Part shown: in pieces, positions 10,080 through 20,750 of the stretch
How positions within the stretch are numbered: the stretch's first letter is position 1
How the letters are laid out: every line of letters starts with the position of its first letter
Source of the DNA: Candidatus Latescibacterota bacterium
Lineage (GTDB): Bacteria > Latescibacterota > UBA2968 > GCA-2709665
Direction: 5' to 3'
DNA: 64,000 nt
Assembly: GCA_965237675.1 (NCBI GenBank)
Contig: OZ250150.1
Span: 4,992,001-5,056,000 of the forward strand
Notes under the pieces: model-generated
What the model saw: the letters and a program-made list of their open reading frames with translations, nothing else
What the model was told of the DNA's origin: nothing
The model's database searches: none
Program-made: the position numbers and the translations under genes

Positions 10080-11549
10080 TCACAGCAGCCGCCCCTTTGT
10101 CACGTTCCCGGCTTCGGGGTAGCGCGCTGCCACTTCCTCCACCGCACCCACGAATCCCTCGGCCTGCGCCTCGGCCTGACCGACAAAGCGCCCGCTCTCG
10201 CCCAGAATGTCCTGAATCTCTTCGAAGGAAAGCGGTATCCGAGAGTCACGTCCCAACCGCTGTGCCAGGTCGTTTTTCTCACGTCCCTTTTCGCGCATTT
10301 CCAGCGCCACGGCAACCGCGTGCTCTTTCAGCGCGTCGTGGACCTGTTCTCGCCCGGCCCCCCGCCGGACGGAAGCCATCAACAACGAGGTTGTGGCCAG
10401 GAAAGGCATATACCTCGTCAGTTCGTTCCGGATGACCGCCTCGTACACGCCCATGTCGTCGAGCACGTGCAGCGTGGTCTCCAACATGCCGTCAAAGGCG
10501 AAGATGGCGTCGGGCAATGCCACCCGGCGCACGACCGAGCAGGACACATCGCCCTCGAACCACTGGTCGCCAACCAGCCCGCCGACCATATGTACATACC
10601 CGCCCAGAAGCACCTGAAACCCGTTGATACGCTCGGCACTCCGCGTATTCATCTTGTGCGGCATGGCGGACGACCCCACCTGCCCCTTCGCAAACCCCTC
10701 GGTCGCGATCTCGGCGCCCGCCATCAATCGCAACGTCCGCGCCAGGTTAGCGATTCCCCCGCCCAATTGGTAGAGACAGCTGATGACTTCAAAGTCCAGG
10801 CCCCGCGGATATATCTGCCCCACCGCCTTCATCTCGCGGCCAAACCCCAGGTAGACCCGAACCTCCTCCTGGAGCGCTTCCAGCTTGACATGGTCGCCCT
10901 GCACAAGGGTTAACTGGTCCAACGCCGTCCCCACAGCGCCCTTCAACCCCCGAAGCGGGTAATTTTCCATGAGATGTTCAAACCGGCGGAATGCGTGCAG
11001 CATTTCCTCGCCGAACATGGCGAATCGCTTCCCGACCGTTGTCGGTTGCGCCGCCGCATGGTGGGTGCGGCCCACAATGGGCATGGTCTTCCATTCATGC
11101 ACCCTCTGGCTCAGACGCAACAGCACCGCCACGTACTTGGCGGCCAGGTGCCGCATTGAGCGCAGCACCTGGAACTGCTCCACGTTATCCGTCAGGTCCC
11201 GGCTGGTCAACCCCTTGTGAATATGTTCGTGCCCGGCCAATTCACAGAATTCCTCGATGCGTGCTTTGACATCGTGCCGGGTCAGGGCTTCCCGCCGTTG
11301 TATCGAAGCCAGGTCCACCCGATCCACGACCGCCTCGTAAGCCTGAATCGCCTGCTCCGGCACATCCAGCCCGAGTTTTTGCTGGGCCCTCATCACGGCG
11401 ATCCAGAACGACCGCTCCAGCACAATTCGGCCCTCTTCGGACCAGACCGCCTTAATTTCCGAACTCGCGTACCGCCCGGCCAGAACATTCGGGATATTCT
11501 CCGGCATCTTGCGACACGCTTTCATTTCCTGGCAATTCCCTGTTGTCAC
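10080..11549 (-). CDS. purB: Adenylosuccinate lyase
   Basis: TRHDVKA, IHKGLTSRD, GRTH, SSAMPHKMN fumarate-lyase signature; true start may be ATG 11525 or further in. Confidence 0.93.
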   Translation of the reverse strand: MTTGNCQEMKACRKMPENIPNVLAGRYASSEIKAVWSEEGRIVLERSFWIAVMRAQQKLGLDVPEQAIQAYEAVVDRVDLASIQRREALTRHDVKARIEEFCELAGHEHIHKGLTSRDLTDNVEQFQVLRSMRHLAAKYVAVLLRLSQRVHEWKTMPIVGRTHHAAAQPTTVGKRFAMFGEEMLHAFRRFEHLMENYPLRGLKGAVGTALDQLTLVQGDHVKLEALQEEVRVYLGFGREMKAVGQIYPRGLDFEVISCLYQLGGGIANLARTLRLMAGAEIATEGFAKGQVGSSAMPHKMNTRSAERINGFQVLLGGYVHMVGGLVGDQWFEGDVSCSVVRRVALPDAIFAFDGMLETTLHVLDDMGVYEAVIRNELTRYMPFLATTSLLMASVRRGAGREQVHDALKEHAVAVALEMREKGREKNDLAQRLGRDSRIPLSFEEIQDILGESGRFVGQAEAQAEGFVGAVEEVAARYPEAGNVTKGRLL

Positions 11550-12598
11550 CTGTTAGCGTCCGTTTGATCCGGCGACGCCGACCTCAAATCCAGCATCTCA
11601 TCCGCATAGGCGAACAATGCGGGCGTGCCCCCGGTATGAACAAATACCACCGTCTGCCCCGGTTTCCATTGACCCTCGCGAATATGCCGGACCATCGCCC
11701 CGAACGTCTTGCCGGTGTAAACCGGATCCAGAATCAATGCTTCCGTGCGTGCGGCAAGCACAACCGCTTCCCGGCTTGCATCCGTCATCGTTCCATATGC
11801 CTCGCCCGCAAAGGCCCCGTAGCTCTCGAAATCGTCTCCCGAGAAGGAAAGGTCCAGCGCCAGCATCCCCGCCACCGTGTTCGCCACCCGGGCGAGGCCG
11901 GCTGCATCTTTTTCGTCATCCTGGGGGCTTGGGCTGATCCCCACGACACGGAGCGGAACGCCCAACGCCCGGGCGCCCACGACCAGTCCCACGTGTGTAT
12001 GCACCCCCGAGCAGACGTAGAGGCCATCCGGGTGGATTTCCCGTTTCTGTAGCTGTTCCCACAATTCAATAAAACCGTCGACGTAGGCTATGCTTCGCAG
12101 GTAATATCCGTCCGTGCTGGTATTATAGACCCTGTGACCCTCCGCCTTCAGGCGCGCAATGACCCGCTCTTTCTCTTCGGGACGGTCTACGAGGTGGACC
12201 TCCGCGCCAAACAGATAATCCAGCAGCAAGTTTCCGTTCACAGGATGGGAATGCATGTCCTTCCGTCCGACCATGACGGCCCTGAGCCCGAAACGAGCCG
12301 CCATCGCCGCGGTCAGGCGAGACTGATTCGACTGGGAGGCCGCGCCGTGCAAAAGGACGTCGTAGCCCTCCTGGATGGCTGGCGCAACCGAAAACTCAAA
12401 TTCCCGCACCTTGTTGCCGCCAAAGGCCATCCCGGTTTGATCCTCCCGCTTGACCAGAACACGGGGCCCCCCCAGCTTTTCCGAGAGCCTGGGACAATCC
12501 AGGAGCGGGGTTGGCAGGTCTGCCAGAGACAGACGCGAAAAACGCGCCAGGCGCTTCCTTAACGCTTCAGGTGTAACAAAAGATTTCAGGACAGCCAT
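11546..12598 (-). CDS. D-cysteine desulfhydrase / ACC deaminase family PLP enzyme
   Basis: PTPL, KREDQTG..GGNKVR, QSN, LDPVYTGK, FVHTGGTPALF. Confidence 0.9.
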   Translation of the reverse strand: MAVLKSFVTPEALRKRLARFSRLSLADLPTPLLDCPRLSEKLGGPRVLVKREDQTGMAFGGNKVREFEFSVAPAIQEGYDVLLHGAASQSNQSRLTAAMAARFGLRAVMVGRKDMHSHPVNGNLLLDYLFGAEVHLVDRPEEKERVIARLKAEGHRVYNTSTDGYYLRSIAYVDGFIELWEQLQKREIHPDGLYVCSGVHTHVGLVVGARALGVPLRVVGISPSPQDDEKDAAGLARVANTVAGMLALDLSFSGDDFESYGAFAGEAYGTMTDASREAVVLAARTEALILDPVYTGKTFGAMVRHIREGQWKPGQTVVFVHTGGTPALFAYADEMLDLRSASPDQTDANR

Positions 12599-12717
12599 TC
12601 GAGTACCTTTCCGTCATTCGGTCAATTCCATCGGTCCACGAGAGCCGGTTGTTCAGGACGAAATATAGTTTTCCGGAACATCAGATGCAATGACTATCCC
12701 GCAGCCAACATTCGAAA

Positions 12718-12743
12718 CCCCGCCGGCGAAAGGCCGACGGGGT
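12718..12743 (-). terminator. Putative intrinsic terminator after arsC
   Basis: ccccgccggc-gaaag-gccgacgggg hairpin, followed by TTT on the minus strand. Confidence 0.5.
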
Positions 12744-12782
12744 TGAATTCTGAATCCTGTCGCTTCGGGTGTCCGCCGCCTG

Positions 12783-13133
12783 TCAGAGAATCTCCAGGAC
12801 GTTCTCCGGCGGTCGGCCCAGCCTGGCCTGATTGCCTTTAATTACAATCGGCCGCTCGATCAGGATGGGATGGCGGGTCATTGCGCGGATCAGCGCCGTT
12901 CGATCGTCCGCCTTTTCCTTAAGGCGAAGTTCTCTGTATTCAACTTCCTTCGTTCGGATCGCATCCCCGGGCTGGACACCCAACATGTCCAGAATGCCGG
13001 CAAGGGTCTCCTCGTCAGGAGGCGTTTTCAAGTACTCAACAATTCTCGGCTCCAGACCGCGGTCCTTCAAGAGCTTCAACGTCTGCCGGCTCTTGCTGCA
13101 CGCCGGGTTGTGGTAGATCACGACATCGCTCAC
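12783..13133 (-). CDS. arsC: Arsenate reductase (glutaredoxin-type ArsC)
   Basis: IYHNPACSKSR, EYLKTPP, HPILIERPIV, GRPPENV. Confidence 0.92.
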   Translation of the reverse strand: MSDVVIYHNPACSKSRQTLKLLKDRGLEPRIVEYLKTPPDEETLAGILDMLGVQPGDAIRTKEVEYRELRLKEKADDRTALIRAMTRHPILIERPIVIKGNQARLGRPPENVLEIL

Positions 13134-13160
13134 GACAACCTCCTTCGTATCACTGCCGTT

Positions 13161-14882
13161 TCAGGGAACCACCGGCAGAATTACCCGAGACGGACGGCCA
13201 CCGTCGTGGAATATCCGCTGATGCGCCGTCTGCAGAACCGTGTCGCGGTAATCGTCACGACCCGTATTGTGATTCCGATCGAAATTCGGAAAATCGCTGC
13301 TGGCAATATCCAGCCGGATCCGGTGCCCCTTCCTGAACAGATTGCTGGTCGGATTCACCTGAATCGTGTATTCGTATACCCTGTCGGGTTCGATCAATGA
13401 CGGGTTATCAAAAGACTCACGATACCGCGCACGTACAATTCCGTAACACAACTCCTGGACGAATCCGTCTGGCCAGACATCCATCAACCTGGCGACAAAA
13501 TCCGTGTCCCGAGCCGATGATGACGCAAACAGACGCACTTCGACCGGACCCGTCACTTCGATCGGGGCGGTCAGCGGCGGCGTCAGGTACACCATCACGT
13601 CGCGCCGACCGTCCAGCGCCCGCTGGTCCATAGGGGCATGTTGCCCACCCGGGGTGTAAAGGGTCATCACCGGATCTCTCGGATCGTAAACGTACGCATC
13701 CGGCTCTTCCACGGCCGGCGCCTCCCGTGACAGGGATCCCGCACCCGAAAGCAGATCCGCGTGACCCGAACTGTGCAGGTAGAACGTCGTATAAACCGTT
13801 CGTTTCAGCGGCCACTCCCACTCTCCACGCCAGGTATTGGCGCCCATCACGAAGAGTTGCAGAGGGGGCCAATCCACGGCCTCGCTCCGCTCCCCTTTCA
13901 GCCAGCGCGAAAACCACGCATCCGCGATATCATAAAAGTCCCGCGTGGCTTCCGGCCCGAAGTCCACCTCACCCACCTGGCGGTCGAGGTCCAGGAGCGT
14001 GTGGGTCCACGGCCCGATGATCATGTGCTGATTCTGCCGGGCGCGCAGACTGCCGCCGTTTTCCCGCATCCCCGTAAAATGCTTGAATATGCCAATCTGC
14101 TGATCGTACCACCCCGCCGTACCGAGCACGGGAACGTCCACGTTCCGGTGTTTTTCCTGGAAGCCGAAGTGGTCCGTGGCATGGTCCGCGAGCCACGTCT
14201 TCCAGTGTCTGCCCATCCCCGGCATGGCATCCTCGGGGATATCCATCAGTGGAAGATACCAGAGCCACTTGCTGCGATCCCTCTCCTGCCATAGCCGCGA
14301 TGCGTCCTCCCGGGCCTTCTCCTTCCACGAAAAACCAGCCCGCCGCGCCGTATCCACGGACAGGTTGTTTATCGTCCAATCCATCACCCGCCCGAGGCGA
14401 AGCACTCCGCTCAACTCTCTGTCAAGCAGATTCGCCGCGATTCCCCCCGCCAGCATCGCCACCAGATTGGGCGGTCGGGTGTGCGCGAGTTCCCATTGCA
14501 CCCACCCATCGTACGAATTGCCGAACGTACCCACTCTGCTATTGGACCAGGGCAATCCTGCTGCCCACGCCACGGTATCGTGGCCGTCATCAGAGTCACG
14601 GTGATCCGCGCTGAAAAACCCCGGCTGGAACTCCCCGTCTGAAGCATAACGCCCGCGAACGTCCTGTATGACGACGATATAACCGCGTTCGGCCATCTTC
14701 GGACCTATCTCGAGCTGCTTCTCTCCTCCCTTGTCGTAGGGCGTCCGGCAAAGCAACACCGGAAATCGACCCGGCCTGTCGGGGCGATACACGTCTGCGC
14801 GCAGCAGCGTGCCATCCCGCATCGTCGCCTGGAGATCCTTATCCTTCACGGTCGGGTAAGACATTCGCGTATTCCCGTTCAC
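13161..14882 (-). CDS. CocE/NonD family serine hydrolase
   Basis: MRDGTLLRADVYRP, RTPYDK, QDVRGRYASDG, GNSYDG nucleophile, GPWTH, SSDFPNFDRN. Confidence 0.93.
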   Translation of the reverse strand: MNGNTRMSYPTVKDKDLQATMRDGTLLRADVYRPDRPGRFPVLLCRTPYDKGGEKQLEIGPKMAERGYIVVIQDVRGRYASDGEFQPGFFSADHRDSDDGHDTVAWAAGLPWSNSRVGTFGNSYDGWVQWELAHTRPPNLVAMLAGGIAANLLDRELSGVLRLGRVMDWTINNLSVDTARRAGFSWKEKAREDASRLWQERDRSKWLWYLPLMDIPEDAMPGMGRHWKTWLADHATDHFGFQEKHRNVDVPVLGTAGWYDQQIGIFKHFTGMRENGGSLRARQNQHMIIGPWTHTLLDLDRQVGEVDFGPEATRDFYDIADAWFSRWLKGERSEAVDWPPLQLFVMGANTWRGEWEWPLKRTVYTTFYLHSSGHADLLSGAGSLSREAPAVEEPDAYVYDPRDPVMTLYTPGGQHAPMDQRALDGRRDVMVYLTPPLTAPIEVTGPVEVRLFASSSARDTDFVARLMDVWPDGFVQELCYGIVRARYRESFDNPSLIEPDRVYEYTIQVNPTSNLFRKGHRIRLDIASSDFPNFDRNHNTGRDDYRDTVLQTAHQRIFHDGGRPSRVILPVVP

Positions 14883-14949
14883 GTTGTCCGCAACCCTCGA
14901 CGGGGGAAGCCTGGGGCGTCCGAGCGGGACGCCTTACATGCCGGGCGGA

Positions 14950-16752
14950 TCAGGCCAGCGCCCAGACCAGCATGGTGGTGTCGGCGGATCCGGACACCAT
15001 CCACCGCCCGTCGGGGTTTGCCGCCAGCGCGTGGACGGCCCCCTCGTGCCCTGTGAATTCGGCCACGGGGCTGGCGGATTCCCGGTTCCAGACAACCACT
15101 CTCCCGTCCTGCCCGGCCGAACACACCGACGCCCCGTCGGACAGACACAAGACATCTTCCACGCCACTTCCGTGGGCGTATGAGCGCAATTCCCGGCCTT
15201 CCCGCAGATCCCACTCAACCACCCATCCGTCCCGGCCCGCGGAGATCACGTGGCCATCCCGCGCGTAGGCCACGGCCTGGACCCAGCCCCGGTGTGCGGC
15301 CGCCGTCGCATTCAACTGTCCCGACGCCAGGTGCCACGCACGCACCGTGCCGTCCCTTCCACCACTCACAACGTTCCGGCCGTCCGGCGAGACAGCCAGC
15401 GCCAAAACGCCGCCCAGATGCCCTTCCATTGTCCGTAACGCCCTTCCCGTGCCGGGTTCCCACATACGGACCGATCCATCGTCGGCAGCACTCACGACGT
15501 CGCCGGCACCCGTGAAGGCCACTGCCCGAACATATCCGCGGTGCGCGTCGAATGCCCGTACGCACGTTCCCGTTGCACTCTCAAGAACACGAACGCCGCC
15601 ATCCTTACAACCCGCCGCAACCCGGGCGCCGTCGGGTGATACCGCCAGCGCGTGAACCTCACCACCCGGACACTCGACGGTTCGCGTTGTCGTCCATCCC
15701 TCCGTCTCCCACCATCGGATGGTCTTATCCGTGGATCCGGAAATTACCGCGGATCCGTCAGGTGTAACCACAACGGCCTGCACCCCGGCCATGTGCCGTT
15801 CCCACTGCAAACGCGGCCGCCCCGTCGCCATGCTCGTTTCCGCCAGCAGCGCATCGCTCCCGTGGGAAAGCACCCAGGCTCCATCGGGAGAAACGCGGAT
15901 GCGGTTCACATGGCTCTGATGGGGGTACCACCGCCGCACGACCGTCGCCGATTCGCGATCCCATAGCCGGATCGACCCGTCCCGCGACCCCGTAAATACG
16001 TGCCGGTTGTCACGGGCGTAGGCCACGGAAGGGACCGCGTGGCCCAGGTGCCCCGTAAAGGTCTCCAGGCATTCGTAATCGCGCAGGCGCCACTCGTTCG
16101 ACTTGTGGCGTGTGCCCACCAGCAGCCGCTCGTTGTCTGCGGACAGGCACATATCGTAGCAGACGTAATCCTCAACGAAGACCTTCAGCCGCGCGCCGGT
16201 CGTCAGGTCGTAGTGGTAGACATTGTGCCCGGGCTGGTGGCCTATCAGAACCGTCCGGCCCGACGGTCCGTACAGGCAGAGATTGAAGTGCTCGCCCGCA
16301 TCCGAAATCGCGATTCGTCGCCTGCCCGTTTCCCGATCCCACTCCTCCACCGTGGACGTCCCGCTGTCCAGCGTCAGCACCCGGTTCTCATCGGGCGAAT
16401 ATCGCACCGAGACGAGCGACGCCCGGCCCGTGTCGAAGCGACCGACTTCGCCCGGTTTCTCTATCAGGCTCCATTCTCTAAGCACCCCCGCCGCATCGGC
16501 AAACAGCGCCTTTGTCACACCGCGGTTCCAGGCCGCGGCACTGAGTCGATGCTCCGACACACGGCGTTTTGCAATGCGCCTGCCCCGTACCAGATCCCAG
16601 ACACACAGGTCTTTCCCCGAAAGTACAAACGCACGCACGCCGTCGGCGGAATAGACCATGTCGGTGACCGACCCCCGCATCCGACGGGTTCCCAGGCGCT
16701 GAACCGCACCATGGGGTAGTGGATCGCCGAGATGGTCCTTGCGTCCGGTCAT
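14950..16752 (-). CDS. WD40-repeat (double beta-propeller) protein
   Basis: Many GH...V..VA.SPDG...SG..DGTVRxW repeats; N-terminal DHLGDPLP.GAVQRLG leader; ATG 16752 overlaps the upstream stop, GGAGG RBS. Confidence 0.9.
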   Translation of the reverse strand: MTGRKDHLGDPLPHGAVQRLGTRRMRGSVTDMVYSADGVRAFVLSGKDLCVWDLVRGRRIAKRRVSEHRLSAAAWNRGVTKALFADAAGVLREWSLIEKPGEVGRFDTGRASLVSVRYSPDENRVLTLDSGTSTVEEWDRETGRRRIAISDAGEHFNLCLYGPSGRTVLIGHQPGHNVYHYDLTTGARLKVFVEDYVCYDMCLSADNERLLVGTRHKSNEWRLRDYECLETFTGHLGHAVPSVAYARDNRHVFTGSRDGSIRLWDRESATVVRRWYPHQSHVNRIRVSPDGAWVLSHGSDALLAETSMATGRPRLQWERHMAGVQAVVVTPDGSAVISGSTDKTIRWWETEGWTTTRTVECPGGEVHALAVSPDGARVAAGCKDGGVRVLESATGTCVRAFDAHRGYVRAVAFTGAGDVVSAADDGSVRMWEPGTGRALRTMEGHLGGVLALAVSPDGRNVVSGGRDGTVRAWHLASGQLNATAAAHRGWVQAVAYARDGHVISAGRDGWVVEWDLREGRELRSYAHGSGVEDVLCLSDGASVCSAGQDGRVVVWNRESASPVAEFTGHEGAVHALAANPDGRWMVSGSADTTMLVWALA

Positions 16753-17783
16753 GGCCGCACCTCCTGATCCGCGACCAGCAGGCCCTCGGGCCCGAGGAGG
16801 TTTCGGTACGCACGCGTATTTCCCCCGGCTCGCACCACGTTGTCGGGCAGCGCGCTCAGACACCGGTTGTGGTGAATGCGCGCATCCTGAGTGGGCACGC
16901 CACGGATCACCACGCTTCGTACGTCCTGCGCTTTGAACGTATTGTGGTGAATATCGATCCAGTCGCCTGAGATATCGGTTGCATCTCCCCGATCCTGCCC
17001 GCCATGCATGTCGAAGAGGTGGCCGTTGGCGTGTTCCAGGCAGATATTAAAACGGGCTTCGTATGCCGAACCGGGCGATCCAGTGGATGCAATATGGTGC
17101 CGGCACCAGTCAAACAGATTCGCCTCGATCAGCACGGTGGCGCCGTTGATGCTGACACCATATCCCAGGCCGCCCTTCTGATTGTGGTGGATGAAGTTGT
17201 GGTGCACGTAACCCCTGCTCGCACCCTCGTCAAACCGGGTCGCCGCCACGCTGAATCCGCTGATTTCGCAGTTGTCGATCTCCAGCGCGAAATGGGACGT
17301 GATGATGCCGTAGGAGGTATGCGCCGCTCGATCCCGGTGTGGGTAGGGCCCCCGAAATCGCAAGCCCGTTACCCGGACGCCGTCCCCCGCCGTCTTGAAA
17401 AGAAACGGCGTTTCCAGCACATTGGAAAAAACCAGACCACCCGCCGAACCGTCGGCGCCACGCTCTCCGGCCAGCGTAACCATTTCCGGAATCGATAGAC
17501 CCGGCCGGCCGCCCATATCGATCTCGGCATCACCCGGGACGAATACGACGTCGCCCGCCTCGGCTTCTTCCAGCGCCCGCGCCAGTTCCCCGTAATCGCG
17601 GACGGAGCGGTCGCCGCCCGTAAACCCGTCCGTGCAGCCTTCGCCTCCGCCGATCGGATTCCCCGTGGGATTATGTTCGGCGCCAAATGTCTCCGCCCCA
17701 TCCTCCAGCTCCGCCTCACGCGCCCACCTGGGCGTGCGCTCAGTGAGGATCCCGCCGCCCGACCTCCGTACGATCGAAACCAA
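16749..17783 (-). CDS. Right-handed parallel beta-helix repeat protein
   Basis: NPTGNPIGGG, VTGLRFRGP, IDNCEI, HHNFIHHN, IEANLFD repeats; TTG start with GGAGGT RBS. Confidence 0.75.
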   Translation of the reverse strand: MVSIVRRSGGGILTERTPRWAREAELEDGAETFGAEHNPTGNPIGGGEGCTDGFTGGDRSVRDYGELARALEEAEAGDVVFVPGDAEIDMGGRPGLSIPEMVTLAGERGADGSAGGLVFSNVLETPFLFKTAGDGVRVTGLRFRGPYPHRDRAAHTSYGIITSHFALEIDNCEISGFSVAATRFDEGASRGYVHHNFIHHNQKGGLGYGVSINGATVLIEANLFDWCRHHIASTGSPGSAYEARFNICLEHANGHLFDMHGGQDRGDATDISGDWIDIHHNTFKAQDVRSVVIRGVPTQDARIHHNRCLSALPDNVVRAGGNTRAYRNLLGPEGLLVADQEVRP

Positions 17784-17817
17784 AAAGCACCTCCGGTTTT
17801 CAACCCACGCTAACCAT

Positions 17818-18999
17818 CTATTCTACGACACCACAGTAGTTCATCGCCATGAGCGCATAGACTTTCGCGGCCGTCTCGATACGCTCCACCGACACCCACT
17901 CGTTGTCCGAATGGGCCGTTTCATTCGACGGCCCGTAATAAAAGGTAGGCACCCCCGTCTCGTTCATATAGATGTTGGCATCGCCGACCAGCCGTCTTCC
18001 GACATAGTTGACGTCCTCGCCAACCACTTCCCGGTGGGCGTCGGCGGTTGCCCGCACCGCCGGATCGTCCCGCGGCGTCTCGAACGGCTCCCGCTGGAGC
18101 GCCATATCGACCGAGAGTTCCAATCCCCCGGCCCTGGCGAAAGGCTCGGCCAGCGATTTCAGTTCAATCAGTACAGACGACGTCGTCCTGCCAGGCAACC
18201 ACCGCCGCGTCCCCGTAAGCACGCACCGGCCCGGCGTCCGGTTGAAGTAATCGCCGGCGTGTACAATACCCAGGTCGATCCGTTCCGTGCCGGCGAGCGG
18301 GTGCACGCCTCCCGCGTCCAGTTCCCGCTGACGTTCGGTTATTCTCCTGATGAGGTCACCGACATGACAGATGGGGTTCTCCCGGAACGGCACGTAGTTG
18401 GTGTGGGTGCCGCCCCGTTTGGAGGTTAACGTGATCGTAAACACCATCGACCCCATACTCATCACCCAGAGTTCGTCTCCACCCTCCACGATGAGAATGC
18501 GGTCGCATTTGATCCTTCCGCTATTTACATCCGCCACGAGCGCCAGAGGGCCGTCTTTCTCAGCTTCCGGTTCTTCGTGGCCGACCACGCCGCTGACCAG
18601 CAAATCGCCTTTCAGACGCACACCTGCCTCCCGCAACGCCTTTGCCGCGCCCAGCATGGCAGCTACGCCACCCTTCATATCCGTTGAACCCCGCCCATAG
18701 ATGCGGTCGCCCTCCCGCCGCACCGGGGTGCAGTCGCCGATGGGAATCGTATCCAGGTGTCCATTCAGCAGCAGCGCCGGTCCATCGTTTACGCCCCGGA
18801 TCCCGGCGTAAAGATTCCGCCGTCCCGGCGTCACCTCGCGTGCGTCCACGGCGAGCCCCAAATCGGCCAACTGCGCCTCGAAACAGGCGCAGACTTCCGC
18901 TTCCTCACCCGTCACGCTGGGAATTTCGACCAGTTTGAGGGCCTGCTCGGCCATCCACTGCCCGTCAATTGCATTCAGAACCGCCTCTCTGGCGCCCAT
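17818..18999 (-). CDS. M20 family metallohydrolase (ArgE/DapE-like)
   Basis: LNGHLDT, GRGSTDMKGG, GHEE, AHSDNE; ATG 18999 directly after the upstream stop. Confidence 0.92.
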   Translation of the reverse strand: MGAREAVLNAIDGQWMAEQALKLVEIPSVTGEEAEVCACFEAQLADLGLAVDAREVTPGRRNLYAGIRGVNDGPALLLNGHLDTIPIGDCTPVRREGDRIYGRGSTDMKGGVAAMLGAAKALREAGVRLKGDLLVSGVVGHEEPEAEKDGPLALVADVNSGRIKCDRILIVEGGDELWVMSMGSMVFTITLTSKRGGTHTNYVPFRENPICHVGDLIRRITERQRELDAGGVHPLAGTERIDLGIVHAGDYFNRTPGRCVLTGTRRWLPGRTTSSVLIELKSLAEPFARAGGLELSVDMALQREPFETPRDDPAVRATADAHREVVGEDVNYVGRRLVGDANIYMNETGVPTFYYGPSNETAHSDNEWVSVERIETAAKVYALMAMNYCGVVE

Positions 19000-19000
19000 C

Positions 19001-19732
19001 TCAGACCTCACCGCAGGCACGGACAAATGCGTCCGATGTGGATGTATAGCCGACATTCGCTTCAATGAATCGAATCCCGAAAAAATTCGACCAACCTTCC
19101 GCCTCGGTTTCCGGGTATTCCGTGGTACTGCAGCAATCCCGCAGCACGATAACGCGGTAATTCCGGTACATCGCCTCGGTCACCGTCGTCCCCAGGCAAA
19201 TCCGCGTGTCGAACCCGACCGTTACCAGGTTGTAAATCCCCAGGCTGCGCAGCAGCGAGTCCAGGTGCGTCTCAAAAAAAGCGCTGTACATCTGTTTCTT
19301 TACCAGGTAATCGTCGGCTTCCGGAGCGATCACGTCGGAAAACGCAAGGATATCGTTCGGATCCGGCCACGTCTCCAGTACGTCAACGCCGCAGGTTCGG
19401 ATCGACATATTGCGCCACTCGGTCCGTTCATTGGTTGACGGCGCCAGATAATTCGTTACGTATACGACGGGAAGCCCGAGGCGTTTTGCCGCGTCTTTGG
19501 CCGGACGGATACGATGTACCACAATCTCCCGGTTTTTTTCCACGGCAGCGCGATACAACTCCGGAACATCCCCCGGGTCGTGGTCGGGGTCAAACCCTTT
19601 TCCGTAGACATCCACCAGAAGGAATGCCGTATTGTCCATGTTCAATACAAGCGCTTCCTCCGCGTGGCCCAGGTGCCGGGCGGGCGGGTGTTGCCGGTAA
19701 TACCTGCCTCTCAAACGTATCTTTTTCGACAT
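19001..19732 (-). CDS. Isochorismatase-family cysteine hydrolase
   Basis: LLVDV, KQMYSAFFET.L, GFDTRIC catalytic Cys, LRDC. Confidence 0.88.
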   Translation of the reverse strand: MSKKIRLRGRYYRQHPPARHLGHAEEALVLNMDNTAFLLVDVYGKGFDPDHDPGDVPELYRAAVEKNREIVVHRIRPAKDAAKRLGLPVVYVTNYLAPSTNERTEWRNMSIRTCGVDVLETWPDPNDILAFSDVIAPEADDYLVKKQMYSAFFETHLDSLLRSLGIYNLVTVGFDTRICLGTTVTEAMYRNYRVIVLRDCCSTTEYPETEAEGWSNFFGIRFIEANVGYTSTSDAFVRACGEV

Positions 19733-19747
19733 CGACGCCTCCAGCGT

Positions 19748-20731
19748 TCAGCGTGTGCTCACCGTCACCGGCGTCTCTCGCGCCAGCGACCTGTAGGCGG
19801 CCTCGGAAAGCCGGGCAACCTGCAGGGCGAAATCGGGGGGCTCATATCCCGTTCCGCCATTCCGGATCCAATCGAAAAACGCCGCATCCGGAGATGTCTC
19901 AACAATCCGTTCGGGAATTTCCATTGGCCTGTCGTTCACCAGTACCGCCTTTACCTGCCACTTGTAGAGATGAAACACAATACATCCTTCGCCGCCGTGA
20001 ATGGCGATGCGCTCATCGTGCTCCCTGGCATTGCCGAACGTGCTGATCGTACCCACAGCCCCGCCTTCAAACCGGACATTCAGCACGGCGTTGATATCCA
20101 CGTCCATGCGACCGTAATCCATAAACGCAGAGACTTCCACCGGCGCCAGCCCGGTGATCCACAACGTGGATGCGACCAGGTGGCTGCCGGTATCCATAAA
20201 CATACCGCCGCCGGAAAGCTCGGGATCCAGGCGCCAGCCCTTCACTCCTCCCCAATTCTGCGTCACGTAGGACACCACACCGCGCAACTCTCCGATATAC
20301 CCTTCCCGCACCAGTTCCCTGGCGTACACGTGCGGCGCGAAGTAATTCCGCTGGTAGCTCACCTGCAAAAACCGCTTCTTCTGCGCCGCCAGGTCGATCA
20401 ACGCCCGGGTATGCCCTGGAGACACCGTCAGCGGCTTCTCCACCAGCACGTGCAGTCCCGCTTCGAGCCCGAGCTGCGCCTGCTCGTAGTGCATCGAATG
20501 CGGTGAACTGATAAAGATCGCGTCGAGCGCCTCCTGTTGAATCATGCGGCGACAATCCTCGTAATAGGCGACCTCTCCGCCGTATCGATCCATCAACAAA
20601 CGGGCCTGCTCCTTCACCGTATCAGCCACGCAAACCAGCTTCACGTCCTCCTCTGCCTGAATCCGCGGCACGTGCGCGCCGCGCATATTGCCGCCGCAAC
20701 CGATCAGACCCAGACGAATCTCTGCAGCCAT
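19748..20731 (-). CDS. Gfo/Idh/MocA family oxidoreductase
   Basis: GLIGCGG, HVLVEKP, WRLDPELSGGG, DTGSH. Confidence 0.93.
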   Translation of the reverse strand: MAAEIRLGLIGCGGNMRGAHVPRIQAEEDVKLVCVADTVKEQARLLMDRYGGEVAYYEDCRRMIQQEALDAIFISSPHSMHYEQAQLGLEAGLHVLVEKPLTVSPGHTRALIDLAAQKKRFLQVSYQRNYFAPHVYARELVREGYIGELRGVVSYVTQNWGGVKGWRLDPELSGGGMFMDTGSHLVASTLWITGLAPVEVSAFMDYGRMDVDINAVLNVRFEGGAVGTISTFGNAREHDERIAIHGGEGCIVFHLYKWQVKAVLVNDRPMEIPERIVETSPDAAFFDWIRNGGTGYEPPDFALQVARLSEAAYRSLARETPVTVSTR

Positions 20732-20750
20732 TCCTCCCTCCTTGGTGTCG

